This document shows, one piece after another, positions 24,668-36,337 of a DNA stretch of 64,000 bases (the stretch's first letter is position 1; the number at the start of each line of letters is the position of its first letter). The notes below the pieces were generated by a model. The model was not told the DNA's origin and did no database searches. It saw nothing but the letters and a program-made list of their open reading frames with translations. Position numbers and translations under genes: made by a program. The DNA is taken from positions 1-64,000 of the forward strand of contig JAVECO010000084.1 of NCBI GenBank assembly GCA_051942205.1. The letters run 5' to 3'. The DNA is from Coniocarpon cinnabarinum (lineage: Eukaryota).

Positions 24668-25252
24668 CGCTTTAGTGTTCGTGGTCAAGACTTCCTCTCT
24701 ACTGTCATTGGTTCAATGCGGCATCTACAAACGCATGGAAGCCTGTTGTCTCCATCCACGCCCAACGAGGAAGAACAAGGTGCCAACCATCTATTGATGA
24801 TCTGCTTAGTGGGCCCTTGTCAACGCCATCATCCTCCATCATGCGGAACGCGTGGCCCTCGCCGTCCTCAGGAGGCCTCATAGCCCGCTCACTGTCATCG
24901 AGGTCCTCGACCAGATGCTGAGTGTCTGATCTCTTACGTAATATGACCGCGAACGGAGAAAGAAGGGGCACGTGAAGAGAAAAAAATTGTAGGTGTAAGG
25001 GAACTAGGCTGATGCGACGGCGTCTGCACAATGCGTGCGTACAGGCTTGCCCCTCGCACGTAAACGCATGTGTCGAGAGTGCTTTGAGTCGCTCTCGCAA
25101 GGAGTAAGCGCCATAATTTTGAAGCGCAAAGAGGCGTCAGCATCGAGTGGCATGCCAACCTCACCTCATGAGGCTCTAAAAGGGGGGCAGTCGACGCGGC
25201 ACTCAAAATTCTCTACGTACGAGGGGCTTAGACCGCTCCATCCATGGCCTCC

Positions 25253-26089
25253 TTACGTTGTGCTACTCCTTCTTGCCTGTAATCTTACGTCTCCAAACGC
25301 CAGATGCGGCACGCTACCTGGCTCGTTGTCCACGCTCTCCAGGGCTGTCGACCTCCTCAACTCATACCTTTCTCTCACGGCTTGCAACGTCTGCACTCCA
25401 TAATCATTCAACTTCTTGCTGCCCCACCGCGTCTTCAAACGTCTCCGACTATGATCACTCAACGGGACACCCAGGTCGGTCAGCAAGAGGATGGGCCATT
25501 CTATCAAAGCCTGTAGCCGGAACATCATCTCCATGTGCGGCGCATAAAACAGCGAGTCTGCACCGCACTGGCTATTGAATGAGGTCTCGCTGGTCGATAC
25601 AGAGAAGTGCAGCGCCTGGAGGAACGAGACGTCCTGCGGCGTGTACTCCGGGTCCTGCGCATACAGCAAGACTTTCCGCCTCGTAGCCATGCGCATCATC
25701 GACTCGTTGAGCGTCTTGGCGAGCACTACCAGCAGCGCCAGCTGCGTGAGACGGACGTTCAGCGTTTCCCAATCGCCAGCCTGTTCGGCTTTGGCGAAGG
25801 AGCCGCCGCCATACATGAAGAGCCGCTTCAACGGTGACAGGGCGCGGCGCTCGGCGTTGAGCGCGTTGAAGTTCGCGAGGATGTCGCGCTTGATGGCGCA
25901 CTCGGGTGTTTGCGGGCGGGCGAAGCGGGCGATCGCGTTGTAGAAGGGTCGCAGCCAGTAGGCGTGCTCGGGGCGGACTTTGGGGGCGCTGCCTCCAGAG
26001 AGTGGCGCGAGGTGGGCGCTGAGATCCGCGTAGAAAGCGGGGATGACTCTGTTGGCGAAATCGCGGGCTGCGTGATCTTCTAAGGGCAT
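25253..26089 (-). CDS. SRR1-like domain protein
   Basis: 278-aa intronless ORF with GC-rich codons; QLALL, LYAQDPEYTPQDVSFLQALHFSV and SLFYAPH resemble the SRR1 domain pattern. Confidence 0.65.
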   Translation of the reverse strand: MPLEDHAARDFANRVIPAFYADLSAHLAPLSGGSAPKVRPEHAYWLRPFYNAIARFARPQTPECAIKRDILANFNALNAERRALSPLKRLFMYGGGSFAKAEQAGDWETLNVRLTQLALLVVLAKTLNESMMRMATRRKVLLYAQDPEYTPQDVSFLQALHFSVSTSETSFNSQCGADSLFYAPHMEMMFRLQALIEWPILLLTDLGVPLSDHSRRRLKTRWGSKKLNDYGVQTLQAVRERYELRRSTALESVDNEPGSVPHLAFGDVRLQARRSSTT

Positions 26090-26236
26090 GGTGATGGCCA
26101 GGAAGAAGAAGTAAGGGGAGCGTCTGGCAGATACGAAGTGTTTGAGGAGCAGAGGGTCGGAGAGGAAGAAGATTGAAGAGCTGTAATCTGGTCGTTTGAA
26201 TTAATCTGCTGTTCCGGGCGAATTTAGTAAAATGAG

Positions 26237-26280
26237 AAGGAATGACACGCTATCCTGAAGAGACCCTCAACGCTTTTTTC
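26237..26280 (+). pseudogene. U6 snRNA 3'-end fragment with homologous downstream flank
   Basis: AAGGAATGACACGCTATCCTGAAGAGACCCTCAACGCTTTTTT resembles U6 exon 2; the following ~60 bp (TTCGCAATGCTCAACATTTGTCAGGTTTATGAGG) resembles the flank at 18006-18045. Confidence 0.75.
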
Positions 26281-26684
26281 TCTCTCTTTTCTTTTTCTTC
26301 GCAATGCTCAACATTTGTCAGGTTTATGAGGGAGAGAGTTACGTGACATTCAATCCTGCGCCAGTGCCTTTACTGGCTTGTGTTTGGTATGGGAACGGGT
26401 CTTTCATGATACTTTCTACTACACGACTTTATCGATTTCATCAGCTGTGATGCGCTTATAGCCGTGTCTCCAGGCAAACGCAATCGGCTGAAGAGCAACT
26501 GGAAACGATTGAACCGGCAAATCAGGAGTGGGCAGGTCAACGGCGATGCAAATAATAGAAAAATCTCAATCATGCCTTTTGAAAGAGACCACTGAATGCA
26601 CGAACAAACGCAAACACAAGTGCCGTCGTGTCGAGCGGCCCTTGCGTATTTGCTGCAAAACTTTCCCCTCCGCCGAGAATATCG

Positions 26685-27924
26685 TCATTCGAGTGATTGC
26701 AGATATGGATGGGCAAATAAGTCACTGGCCTCCGATCTCCGAGCAGGATCCAGAGCAAGCAATTTGAGGACAAAGTCTTTGCAAGCGTTGACGTGATCTG
26801 TTCTCGTCTCTAGAGGCTCCTGCGAACCGAATCCAAAGATTGTGCAGTTGCAACAAGGTATTTCCGCCCAGGACAGTCCCGCGAACTGTTGATCTCTTGC
26901 CGGCGGTACTGACGCCAGGGCTGCGTCACCAAGGTCTTGCCATCTCTCTGGTAGTGAGTCCTCGATACACAAAAGCTGTCGGACGTAGTCGCGTTTCGTC
27001 CGGACGAACATCCGGTCAAATAAATCATGAAACTCCCATGCGAACACCAGACATCCGACGGCCCAGAGATCGACTTTGTGATGAATCGGTCTCTCCTTTG
27101 CGAGTCGCATTTCTGGTGGCTCATGAAAGGGAAGCAGGGGCGAGACGCTGGCATCGCCGAGCGACGAGGCAGTCGCATGGCCGAAATCAAAGATCTGAAA
27201 ACATTTATCGGGCGTATCACGCTCGGCGTGCATTTCGTCCCAGTCCTCGTGTTTGTACCAGCAGCGTGGAAATTGACTTGTCCATTTGACATCAGTGTTG
27301 AGGTCTTTAAAAGCGTATTCCTCGAGTTTCGGGAGCGTGCCAAAGTCTTCTTCTGTGAGCTGGACCTTATATCCAATGTTTGAGGCGTGCAAATCAATAT
27401 GAGCGACGCCATTACTGTGTAGAAAAGCTAAGCCGTGAATGAGATGACGAGCCAGAAGACCGAGTTCTTCCTTCTTTGATGGTCGCCACACTCGCAGTGG
27501 CGCTACAAGATTTTGAACGATGACAAGATGGGTTCCATTGGCACTCGTGCTCTCAAACGAGTCATAAAGTTCAATGACATGACATTGGTCACCTCCTGGG
27601 CTCAAGCCAGTCTTTCTCTCCTCTAGAAATCGTAGTATGCGCTCTTCTCGACTGTCTCTCGACGCGTTCGCTGCGATAAACTTTAAACAGACGAAGCGTC
27701 TTCGAAAGAACAGCATTAGCTAACGACGGAGAATCTAGAATCATAAGCGATAGAGGCTTTACTCACTCTGAAACCAGATCGCGAGCCATCCAGATAGTTG
27801 CATGGGTACCCCAGCCTAGCTTGTAGACGATTTCGTACCGGGCCTTGTAGATTTCGCCGAGGTGGACCGGGTGCAGGCCACCGGGACGATAGCATTCGAA
27901 AAGCTCGAATTCGTCACCAAACAT
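26685..27924 (-). CDS. SRPK/Sky1-like (CMGC) Ser/Thr protein kinase, divergent
   Basis: Exon 27924-27767 (ECYRPGGLHPVHLGE..YKLGWGTHATIWMARD), intron 27766-27700, exon 27699-26685 (FVCLK, HIDLHASNI, IFDFG, PPE, VDLWAVGC, DPARR). Confidence 0.85.
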
Positions 27925-28726
27925 TGTCGCGATTGTTCAAGCCCACAGATTTAGAGATGCTTTGCTCACACTTGGAGGGTTCTGAGGCAAGACAGTGCCA
28001 AAAAAATGCACAACACCGTCTGCAGGCGGAGTCAGGATTTTCATTGCCCAGCACGAAGCTGCAATGCCGCTTGCAGACTATTTACATAAAGAGAATTTTA
28101 CTGGCGCAAGGTGTTGGCGTGCTCGGCCCTTGCAGCTCGTCCCTTACATTCCTGCGCCACAAAGCATTCCTTTGAGGAACATAATCTAGCATTATTGCCC
28201 AAATTTTTCATTAAATTCGCGAAGAGACGACTTAGGGTCGGCGTCGCTTCGATACCCACGCTCACTGAGTGTAGTCAAATTCGGCTTCTAGTCGAGCTGA
28301 GGCACGCCTTAATTTGACACATTGCACGCAGACAGCGAGCGTCTGGCCAGCTCGATCACCAATGAACCCAAGGTTTTTAGCGCGCTGGTTTGGCTCTCAC
28401 AGCCGCTGTATCAAGTAGTGATATTTCATTGGATTGTAGGATCTCGGATCCCAGTAGTTGCACAGTGTGCATGTTAAGGCGCACAGATACAGCGCTAGGT
28501 GCCAGCGTCTTCGTGAAGGCATCTCGAAATCGCACTGTGCGCATATCGTGGAGATGCAAAGTGTGCCAACTGACACCTGTCCGAAACTCTTACCAAGCAG
28601 CTTCATCATCAGTCAATAACTACGCATTCAGACCGCGAGCTCACAGCATTTGATTAGGATCTTACAGATTAGGAAGAAGGGTCTAAAGGAAGAATGATAC
28701 CGCTGCTCAGGCATCCCCTACAAGCG

Positions 28727-29372
28727 ATGTCTGCGCATAATCCCGCAACGAACAATCCGTCTCACTTTGAATCGATTGACTTTGTGCTCTCTACAAGTAG
28801 GACTATCAAAGTCCTGTTCAAAGGTCCTCTTCCACCCTTCGAGGTCGACCTTGTCCAACGTGTCAAAACGGAGACGCATCTGCGCATCCTCTTCCAGTTT
28901 CTCGCGTATAGTCAGTACCGGCTTCCGGCCATATCTCTAATTCAAACGCAAGGGTAAGCAGAGCGAAATATGGAATCATCTTGCATTATGAACATACTCA
29001 CAGTTCACTAGTGACGGGTTGCACAGCCGTAGCGGACCAGGACCTGAGCGCGAAATGGACCACTACACCATATCCGCATACGATAACAACGGGAAACGAC
29101 TGCAAGGTTTCCACATCTATCCCGACGACAGCAGTCCCGCACAGATTGGCGAGGTATGGCCGATCACACCCTCCTGGGACGGCCGAGACACGGGAAATTC
29201 CATTCGCAACCGCTCTGCGGCTCCGTCGCGATGGGCGATAAGCACAGACGGAAAGCTCATTACAGGACATGACGAAATGGTTGCACAATTTGACAACTGG
29301 CAGACCGTGTCAAAACTAGAATTTGTCAAGGATAGGAACATGGCTGGGAGCAGAGAGAGAATCGATGCGTGA
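28727..29372 (+). CDS. Small orphan protein with His-rich H-S..DHYT..HIY pattern
   Basis: Exon 28727-28953, intron 28954-29011 (GTAAGC..CTCAC..TAG), exon 29012-29372 in frame: QG|DGLHSRSGPGPEREMDHYTISAYDNNGKRLQGFHIYPD. Confidence 0.55.
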
Positions 29373-30247
29373 TTACTACAATTTTTGCATGGCAAAGCCT
29401 GGCGTTGCCTCCGTTTGCAATGGGGTCTTCCTTTCTCTTTTCTTTTTTCAAACCATAGAACAGCCCACTCACAGCAAAATTCCAGACTCAGAACATCGGG
29501 GTATCCAATTACCTTCTGCTTTTTATTGGATCCGACAGCAGCCTAGACTTGTTTAGTTAGCGCTTCCCTACAAGAATTGCGCACACCACATTACATTCAT
29601 TGTGCCCGACTGTGTCAATTGATAGCCCTTCCAATGTTGCCTTAACCGGCCTGACCGATCAGCCTTAAGACCTCTTTGATCTTGGCAAATGTTGCCACGA
29701 GTGCTGATGTTATACTGCCTACTTCGTCCCAGAGAATGACGTCATAAGATTCGCAAAGTAAGTGGCCTATTCGAAAGCGATATGCAGTTTTACGATTGCG
29801 CCGTCCCTGCGCGGTGTACAACGGACAGGTGACCCAGCGGCATCAGATCCCGTGTGACTCAAGCGGTCTTGTGGTCCCAGTACTAGTTTTTGAAGGATGG
29901 AGTGGCTGTTGGCTGCATTGCGGACGTCTCTTCGCCGCGAAAACCCGAGGGTCCGGAATAAGCGAGACTAGATATTGGAAGGTCGACTGCATCAAATCTT
30001 CGTTCTTGGCCACGTCAAGCGCATATTGCATGGGGCGTACTGCTGGATATGTTCCACCCTACAAAGATGCTGTCAGTGTGTAGTCTGGTGATCAGTAATG
30101 TTTGAGCCGCCATCGAAACGAGCGAGGATTCTCTATACGTCGGTTTTGACCTATTATAGAGATATTAATGTCTTAGTTTTGTGCTCCAAGCTTCCTCCGT
30201 GAAACTGTATGAGTGAGCTTGGGCCACCAAGCTAAAGAAATAACATC

Positions 30248-30405
30248 CCGCAAGAATCAGGGACAAAGGTCGTTGCCGGATCTTAGTCTAGGCGACGAGC
30301 CTATACGATAAGCATAACTTAGGTCATAAAACTATAAGCATAACAGCAAAAGCCCTCTACAACTAACAAAATGCTGAATTAATTTGCGGCAAGTTCTTTT
30401 ATACT
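30248..30405 (+). repeat. Fold-back (MITE-like) dispersed repeat, copy C (TpA-enriched, 3' end eroded)
   Basis: CCGCAAGAATCAGGGACAAAGGTCGTTGCCGGATCTTAGTCTAGGCGACGAGC..CAGCAAAAGCCC..ATGCTGAATTAATTTGCGGCAAGTTCTTT. Confidence 0.8.
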
Positions 30406-31547
30406 AGACGGGTAGGCGAACTTGGTGTCTCGCTAATATCGGCGCTTCGTTTAGCGTGACACTGGATTTACCTAGATGACAAATCTCGCGCCGAGAGCTG
30501 GGGCGGCACTATGACCTTGCATTCGGGTCCAAATAGTGCTGAGACGAGGGCAATTGGTAATGCAATACCCCCTGTAATAGCTGGTGGTAAGTGGCACTTG
30601 GCAGTCGCCGTCCCAGCGACGGATAGCCACTTTTATTGCTGCTAGGCGGTATGTTTCAAACCCAGTACAACCCCAATAGCAACAGCACTGTCACCAATAT
30701 CCTCTAGCTCCAAGCAAGACTCGGTTCTGCAGCGATTGACAGCTGCAAATATCCCACAAAGTCCCTAATGGACCGTCCCGAGCAGGACAATAGCTGCTTC
30801 GTCTTCTCTAAACCAGGTGACATGCACTCTCCGCACTCTTTGGGGGTAGCCTGTCGTTGCCAAGTGCAGCCATAGACACTCTGTGCAGCAGCGAAAATTT
30901 GGCTTTCTTCTCCGACGACTTCTTTGCAGATGACGGTCTCGATCTCTATCGTTCCGTGTAGAATATTAAGGGGGCATGGTAATCGAACAGACGTCAACCT
31001 CACACAAATACTGCGAGTTTTTCGACTCGTCGTCAACATCAACAACAGATCGTGACCTGCATCACAGAGCATTCATGATCAATCTGATGTTCACGCGAAG
31101 ATTCTGTAGGGTTCGGTTGAGATATTAAAAAAACCACTACGTGGGCGAAGTACTGACCAAGGAATTCAAGCCTGGCAAGATTGACAACCTTTGAACTACT
31201 GAACGTCGTCGAGAGGCTCCATTCCCAGCACGCACTTAACTGATTGAGTAAACTCCACACTCCACATTCCTGACTGTCCTCAAATAGGAGCGTGACCACC
31301 TCGGTCTACCCAGTAAAGCTCCAGTCGGTATCATAGCGTCGGCATCTTCCAGGACACTCGTGTAGTGCAAGCACAGCCAGCCGAAGAAACTCGGGTGAAG
31401 TGCCAATGGGAGTTCTGGCAGTTGTTTTCTAACGCTGTCTAGATTGCTACGATCCAATGTTGCCATGTAGCAGACGTAGCAAGTATCGGCAAATCGATAG
31501 ATATGCATTTGAGCTTAGCAACGAAGACCAAAGGGGGCCGGAATCCT

Positions 31548-31718
31548 GTCACGTGACAAGCGTCAATCGCGCTCTGTTACAAATGACGTGATCAGGCTTT
31601 CAAGGACCAGCACTCTCTTCATGTCTGCACACAGCGCTGCGACCCGTGATTGCAGGGCGCGTGCAATGCAAATCCGGCGTGCGAACCATGCCGAGCACGA
31701 CTTATTCAATGACGTGAT
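31548..31718. promoter_or_regulatory. Candidate sulfur-regulation sites upstream of the permease
   Basis: GTCACGTGAC (31548-31557, Cbf1-type) and ATGACGTGAT twice (31583, 31709; near the CYS-3/MetR consensus ATGRYRYCAT). Confidence 0.45.
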
Positions 31719-31926
31719 TGACGCGTCCTTTGAGGACATCAGCCGCCTGCCAACAGGATGGCCTCTGCAGCCAGCAACAAGCCACCGTGATGCCACGGGT
31801 CTGTCACCTCTCCATGCGAGTCTTTGCAGGCCTGACTTGAAGATGTTTTCTCAGCAGTAGCCTCACACCCCTCCGACCGAGTCTTTACAGAAGCTCGCAA
31901 CATTCCTTATTGTTTCCGGGGGCAAA

Positions 31927-33620
31927 ATGACGGATGTGGAACGCGAACCACTTCTCGGCGAGGCCAGGCCTCGACACCACGGTGAAAGGCCAGGGAGCTC
32001 AGGCAGAGCCCAAAGGACGTTTGAGGAGACCATCGCGCCTGAGACGGCAGTCGTTGGACGACAACTTGGCTGGACCAGCACCTACATCCTCGTGATATCG
32101 CGTGTGATTGGTAGTGGCCTCTTTGCCATGCCAGGCACCATTCTCCAGACCGTCGGCAGTCCAGGAATCGCACTCGTACTTTGGGCAATTGGCTTTTTGG
32201 TTGCGTGGGCTGGGCTTGCGATTAATATGGAATATGGCTGCATGCTTCCACGATCAGGTGGGATCGAAGTCTACCTCGAATATACATATCGTCGCCCTCG
32301 ACTCTTCACTTCGATCATGGTTGCGGTCCAAGCTGTCTTACTGGGCTTCACGGCTTCTAACTGCATTGTCTTTGCGAAGTACACTATCTATGCTTTTCGA
32401 TCTGAGGGGACCGACGCGCGGATCAAGACACTAGCAGTCGGTCTACTGACATTCATCACTGTCATGCATGGCTGTTTCTACAAGGTTGGAATCTGGATAC
32501 AGAATACCTTAGGCTGGATCAAACTCGCCCTAGTCGCTTTCATTGTGCTGTCAGGTCTCGCCGTCCTGCTTTATTCTACAACGTCTGATCAAACTGACAA
32601 CCACCAGCCGTCATGGCTTAGTGATCCGTTCAGAGATTCTGATTTCGCATGGAACAATCTGGCGACTTCGTTCTTCAAAGTAATATACTCATACGCTGGC
32701 TTGAACAATGCTCACAATGTATTGAACGAAGTCAAAAATCCGGTCCACACGTTGAAGTCCGTGGCTCCTGTGGCGTTGCTGACAGTTGGCTTTACCTATC
32801 TGCTCGTGAACGTCGCGTACTTTGAGGTTGTACCGCTGCAGGAAGCAAAGCAAAGCCGAGAATTGATTGCTGCACTGTTCTTTGAACGAATACTGGGGAC
32901 GACTCTGGGTGGAATGGTGCTGCCGCTCGCCATCACCGTCAGCGCTGCTGGCAACGTCATGGTAGTGACTTTCAGTCTTGTATGTTGTTCTCACATCGAT
33001 AATAAGCGTCGACAGCTGACAGTTTGGACAGGCAAGGTTGAATCAAGAGGTTGCAAGAGAAGGTTTCCTGCCCTATGCTGACCTGCTAGCTTCATCGAAG
33101 CCCTTTGGTGCTCCTTTAGGGGGTCTTGTGCTGCATTATGTCCCGTCACTACTTGTAATTGTCCTGCCGCCCTCTTCAACAGTCTATGCATTCATCGCAG
33201 ACGTCGAAGGCTACGCCGCACAATTCTACTTTCTTGCGGTCGCCATCGGTCTACTTCTGTTACGCAGAAGACGACCTGAGCTCAAACGACCGTACAAAGT
33301 GTGGATACTTGCAGTCTGAATGAGCATCGCCATCAGCTCGGCTTTGCTGGCAGCCCCGTTCTTCCCGTCAAAGAATGGGCACTCCGACGTCAACTTTTTC
33401 TACGCCGCTTACGCACTCGTTGCAGTGGCTGTGTATGTGTATGCCTTTGATGCTTGCAGTTCACAAAGCTAACTGATGGCTTAGCTTACTCATTGGCGTA
33501 GTCTGGTGGCTTTTCATCGCAAAGCTCATACCTCGCTGGAAAGGCTTCGTTCATGCTGACGAAACGGACGTTCTAGACGATGGAACGACCGTCACACGAC
33601 TTGTCCGGAAAGGTGTCTAG
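31927..33620 (+). CDS. APC-superfamily amino-acid permease (MUP1/MUP3-like methionine permease) with an in-frame TGA at 33317-33319
   Basis: RVIGSGLFAMPG, EYGCMLPRSGG..YLEYTY, YSYAGLNNAHNVLNEVKNP, ARLNQEVAREGFLP; introns 32980-33031 and 33433-33484; permease-like reading continues after the TGA to TAG 33620. Confidence 0.88.
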
Positions 33621-34010
33621 CATCGGATGTAAACCGCCGGACTCGTATCCAGCAGGACATCATGCGCCAACTCTGCATAGCTGACAGATCCGCTTCGAAT
33701 GCTGATTACATATTCTGTAGCAATGCAGAAATCCATCAAGGGAGATTGAAGCTCTTTCCAAGAGAAGGGGTCTGTCATCGCCTAGTCCGATATTAATCAT
33801 GCTCATAGCTAGCAATGCGGACGGAAGACGTGTTCATCGAGCTACCATTGGCTGCTCAACGTGGCACGATTGCTGTTGCACATTGCATAGTATACGTCAC
33901 AAATTGCGTGCGAGCCTGACAAATCGTAAGTGCTTGAGCTGCTCCTACAAATAGTGGGGCGATGTCAAGGTTGTCACCGATCATCCGAATCAACACTGTC
34001 GAGTTCTATC

Positions 34011-34992
34011 ATGGCTTCAGCAGCGGTGCAACAGCCTACGGGCCATACTACTTCCTTTGAGCCTCTCGTTGCCTCCACTGACGACGGAAGTTCAAAGCCA
34101 CATAACGTGTCAACGACGCTCAACTACTACCGAGACCCTGGCGATGGCAGCTCGCCTGAGCCCACCTATGTCGGCAGACCTGAGACCTACGAACGTCCCA
34201 CAGAGCCACTAGACGTCACCGTCAACGATGTCCGTGGACATGAGCAAGACTATACTCTTGACAAAACAGGCTTCCAGTTCTTCAAGCATGCCAGTGTCGA
34301 GCAAGCTTTCGAAGACGACGACCACATCAAGTGCGTGTACTATCCCGAGGTTGAACAGCTCCTGAAAGACGCGTACGTTCTACGCAGGCCTTTTGCTAGC
34401 ATCCCACCTAACACTCCGCAGCACCGGCGCCTCCCGCGTCTTCATCTTCGACCACACCATACGCCGCGCTCAGAAGGACACCCGCACCTCTGCCAATAGG
34501 CCAGCTCAAACTGAGCAGCCCCCTGTCTCCCTCCGCGGCCCCGTCAACCGCGTCCACATCGACCAATCCTACCCTGCCGCCCGTGACCGCGTGCCCCACC
34601 ACCTCCCCGACGATGCCCCAAAGCTGCTTCAAACCCGGCACCAGATCATCAACGTCTGGCGGCCTATCCGACGCATTTTCAAAGACCCCCTCACCGTCGC
34701 GGACGCGCACTCGGTCCCGGACTCAGACCTTGTGCCAGTTGCACTGATCTATCCCAATCGTCGTGGGGAGACGTATACCGTGAGGCCGAATCCGGCGCAT
34801 CGATGGTACTTTCTGCACGGGCAAGACACGGATGAGGTTACGTTGATTAAGTGTTTTGATTCGAAGCTTGATGGACGCGCAAGGCGAGTACCGCATACCG
34901 CTTTCAAGGATTCAGCGTATGAGGGAGAAGAGTCGAGGGAGAGCATTGAGGTCAGATGTTTGGTGTTTCATGAGGACCAGACGGCAGAGTGA
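34011..34992 (+). CDS. CmcJ/NvfI/AsaB-family putative oxygenase (hydroxylase/desaturase-like)
   Basis: Exons 34011-34372 and 34422-34992; LDKTGFQF, YYPEVEQLLK, FDHTIRR, VHIDQS, INVWRPI, KCFDS, PHTAF, RESIEVR. Confidence 0.88.
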
Positions 34993-35835
34993 TGGGCTTC
35001 ATGGGTCGAGCATTCACGCAGGCAAGAAGAGCTGTGACCATGATGAGATGTACTTACCAGAAAGGGATGACACTTGATCTTGCATATATAAGAGGCAACG
35101 CCGAGACATCTCTGGCAATACTCGAATTTTCCGCTGTAGTTCACGATCGGCTTCCGAGTGTGGAGTGCGTCCCTCTTATTCTGCGCAAAGCAACCGAGTA
35201 TACCTCACCTCTTTTACCTTTCTGCCTATGTCTTCGGTCGTTGACTACCGCCCAGCGGAACAACTAACGACCTCTCAGTCTGAGCTGGGTCTGATCTCCT
35301 TGCATCTTGGTATCCCACTCTCGTACACTTCTGTCAGAGCCGATATTCTCACTGCACGTCTCAAATCTCAGATATGGTGAACTTGATGCACCTCGATCGA
35401 TGACCATCTTCAAGCGTGACTCATTCTCACTGAAGTCGCAGACTGGTTTCTCAAACCGCAAGGGCTCGTCAAGCGGGTCCGTCGCAAACGCTACATTCAC
35501 GTACGAGAGAACGACGTTCATCATTGGACTCCGACTCCAGAACCAGAACTCCAGTTCACTTACATTTTTTAGCATGAAGACAGTGCCACGACGAGTGAAA
35601 GTTTGGGCACCGCGCTCAGTCTCACACAAGGCTTAAATTATCACGACCGCCACAGGCGTCCTAGCTGCAGGTTGCTTCACGTATACGCTGACAATATCTT
35701 AGGAATGTTACTGTCGTCCTATTTGCTGAAATGTGTTTATTCAAGCCTGGTTCTCCTATCAAGCTGACGAGTGCCGCAAGGTCGTCATGAGTAGCCTATT
35801 GAGTCGTGAGAGCTGAATCATCTTGCATCGAATCC

Positions 35836-36004
35836 CCGCAAGGGTCAGGGACAAAAAATGTTGCCAGATCCCAGCCTGGGCAACGAGCCCGTGCGATCAG
35901 AACAATTCAGGGAAAAAACCCAGGGGTACAGTGGCGATAGCCCCTTGTACCGGATGGGACGCTGGATTAGAGTGCGGCAAGTACTCTTCGCGATGCCATT
36001 GTCG
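35836..36004 (+). repeat. Fold-back (MITE-like) dispersed repeat, copy D
   Basis: CCGCAAGGGTCAGGGACAAAAAATGTTGCCAGATCCCAGCCTGGGCAACGAGC..GGCGATAGCC..GCTGGATTAGAGTGCGGCAAGTACT..GCCATTGTCG; 169 bp. Confidence 0.8.
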
Positions 36005-36337
36005 GGTCGTGATGAGATCTTGGTTACCACCTCTTAATACAGCACACGTTAATAGCGCAAAGCATTCCACGCTTCTCAAACGCCCTTATGCATCCATTAC
36101 GAGATTCTTAACGACGGAGCCGGGGTAGTTATGAGTAATTTACGAGTATCTGAAAGACCTTCACGCAAAAGGTTGTTGCAGGTCATGGTACCTCACAGGT
36201 TCCAGAGTTGGGTTGGAAGACGTTGGAAATGTTACGATATCTTGATAGATTCACTGAACTTCCAATCGATGGTTTTCTATTCAACGGGTCCTACTCGCCT
36301 ACCCCGAATGCACGCCCGTTGGCGTTGATCATGCCGT

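Noticed and set aside
25595..25607. CGATACAGAGAAG, a 13-nt match to the U6 ACAGAGA region
   Set aside because: Lies antisense inside the SRR1-like CDS with no flanking U6 similarity; plausible by chance.
35264..35629. 121-aa minus-strand ORF
   Set aside because: Non-ATG start, no splice model and no recognisable motif.
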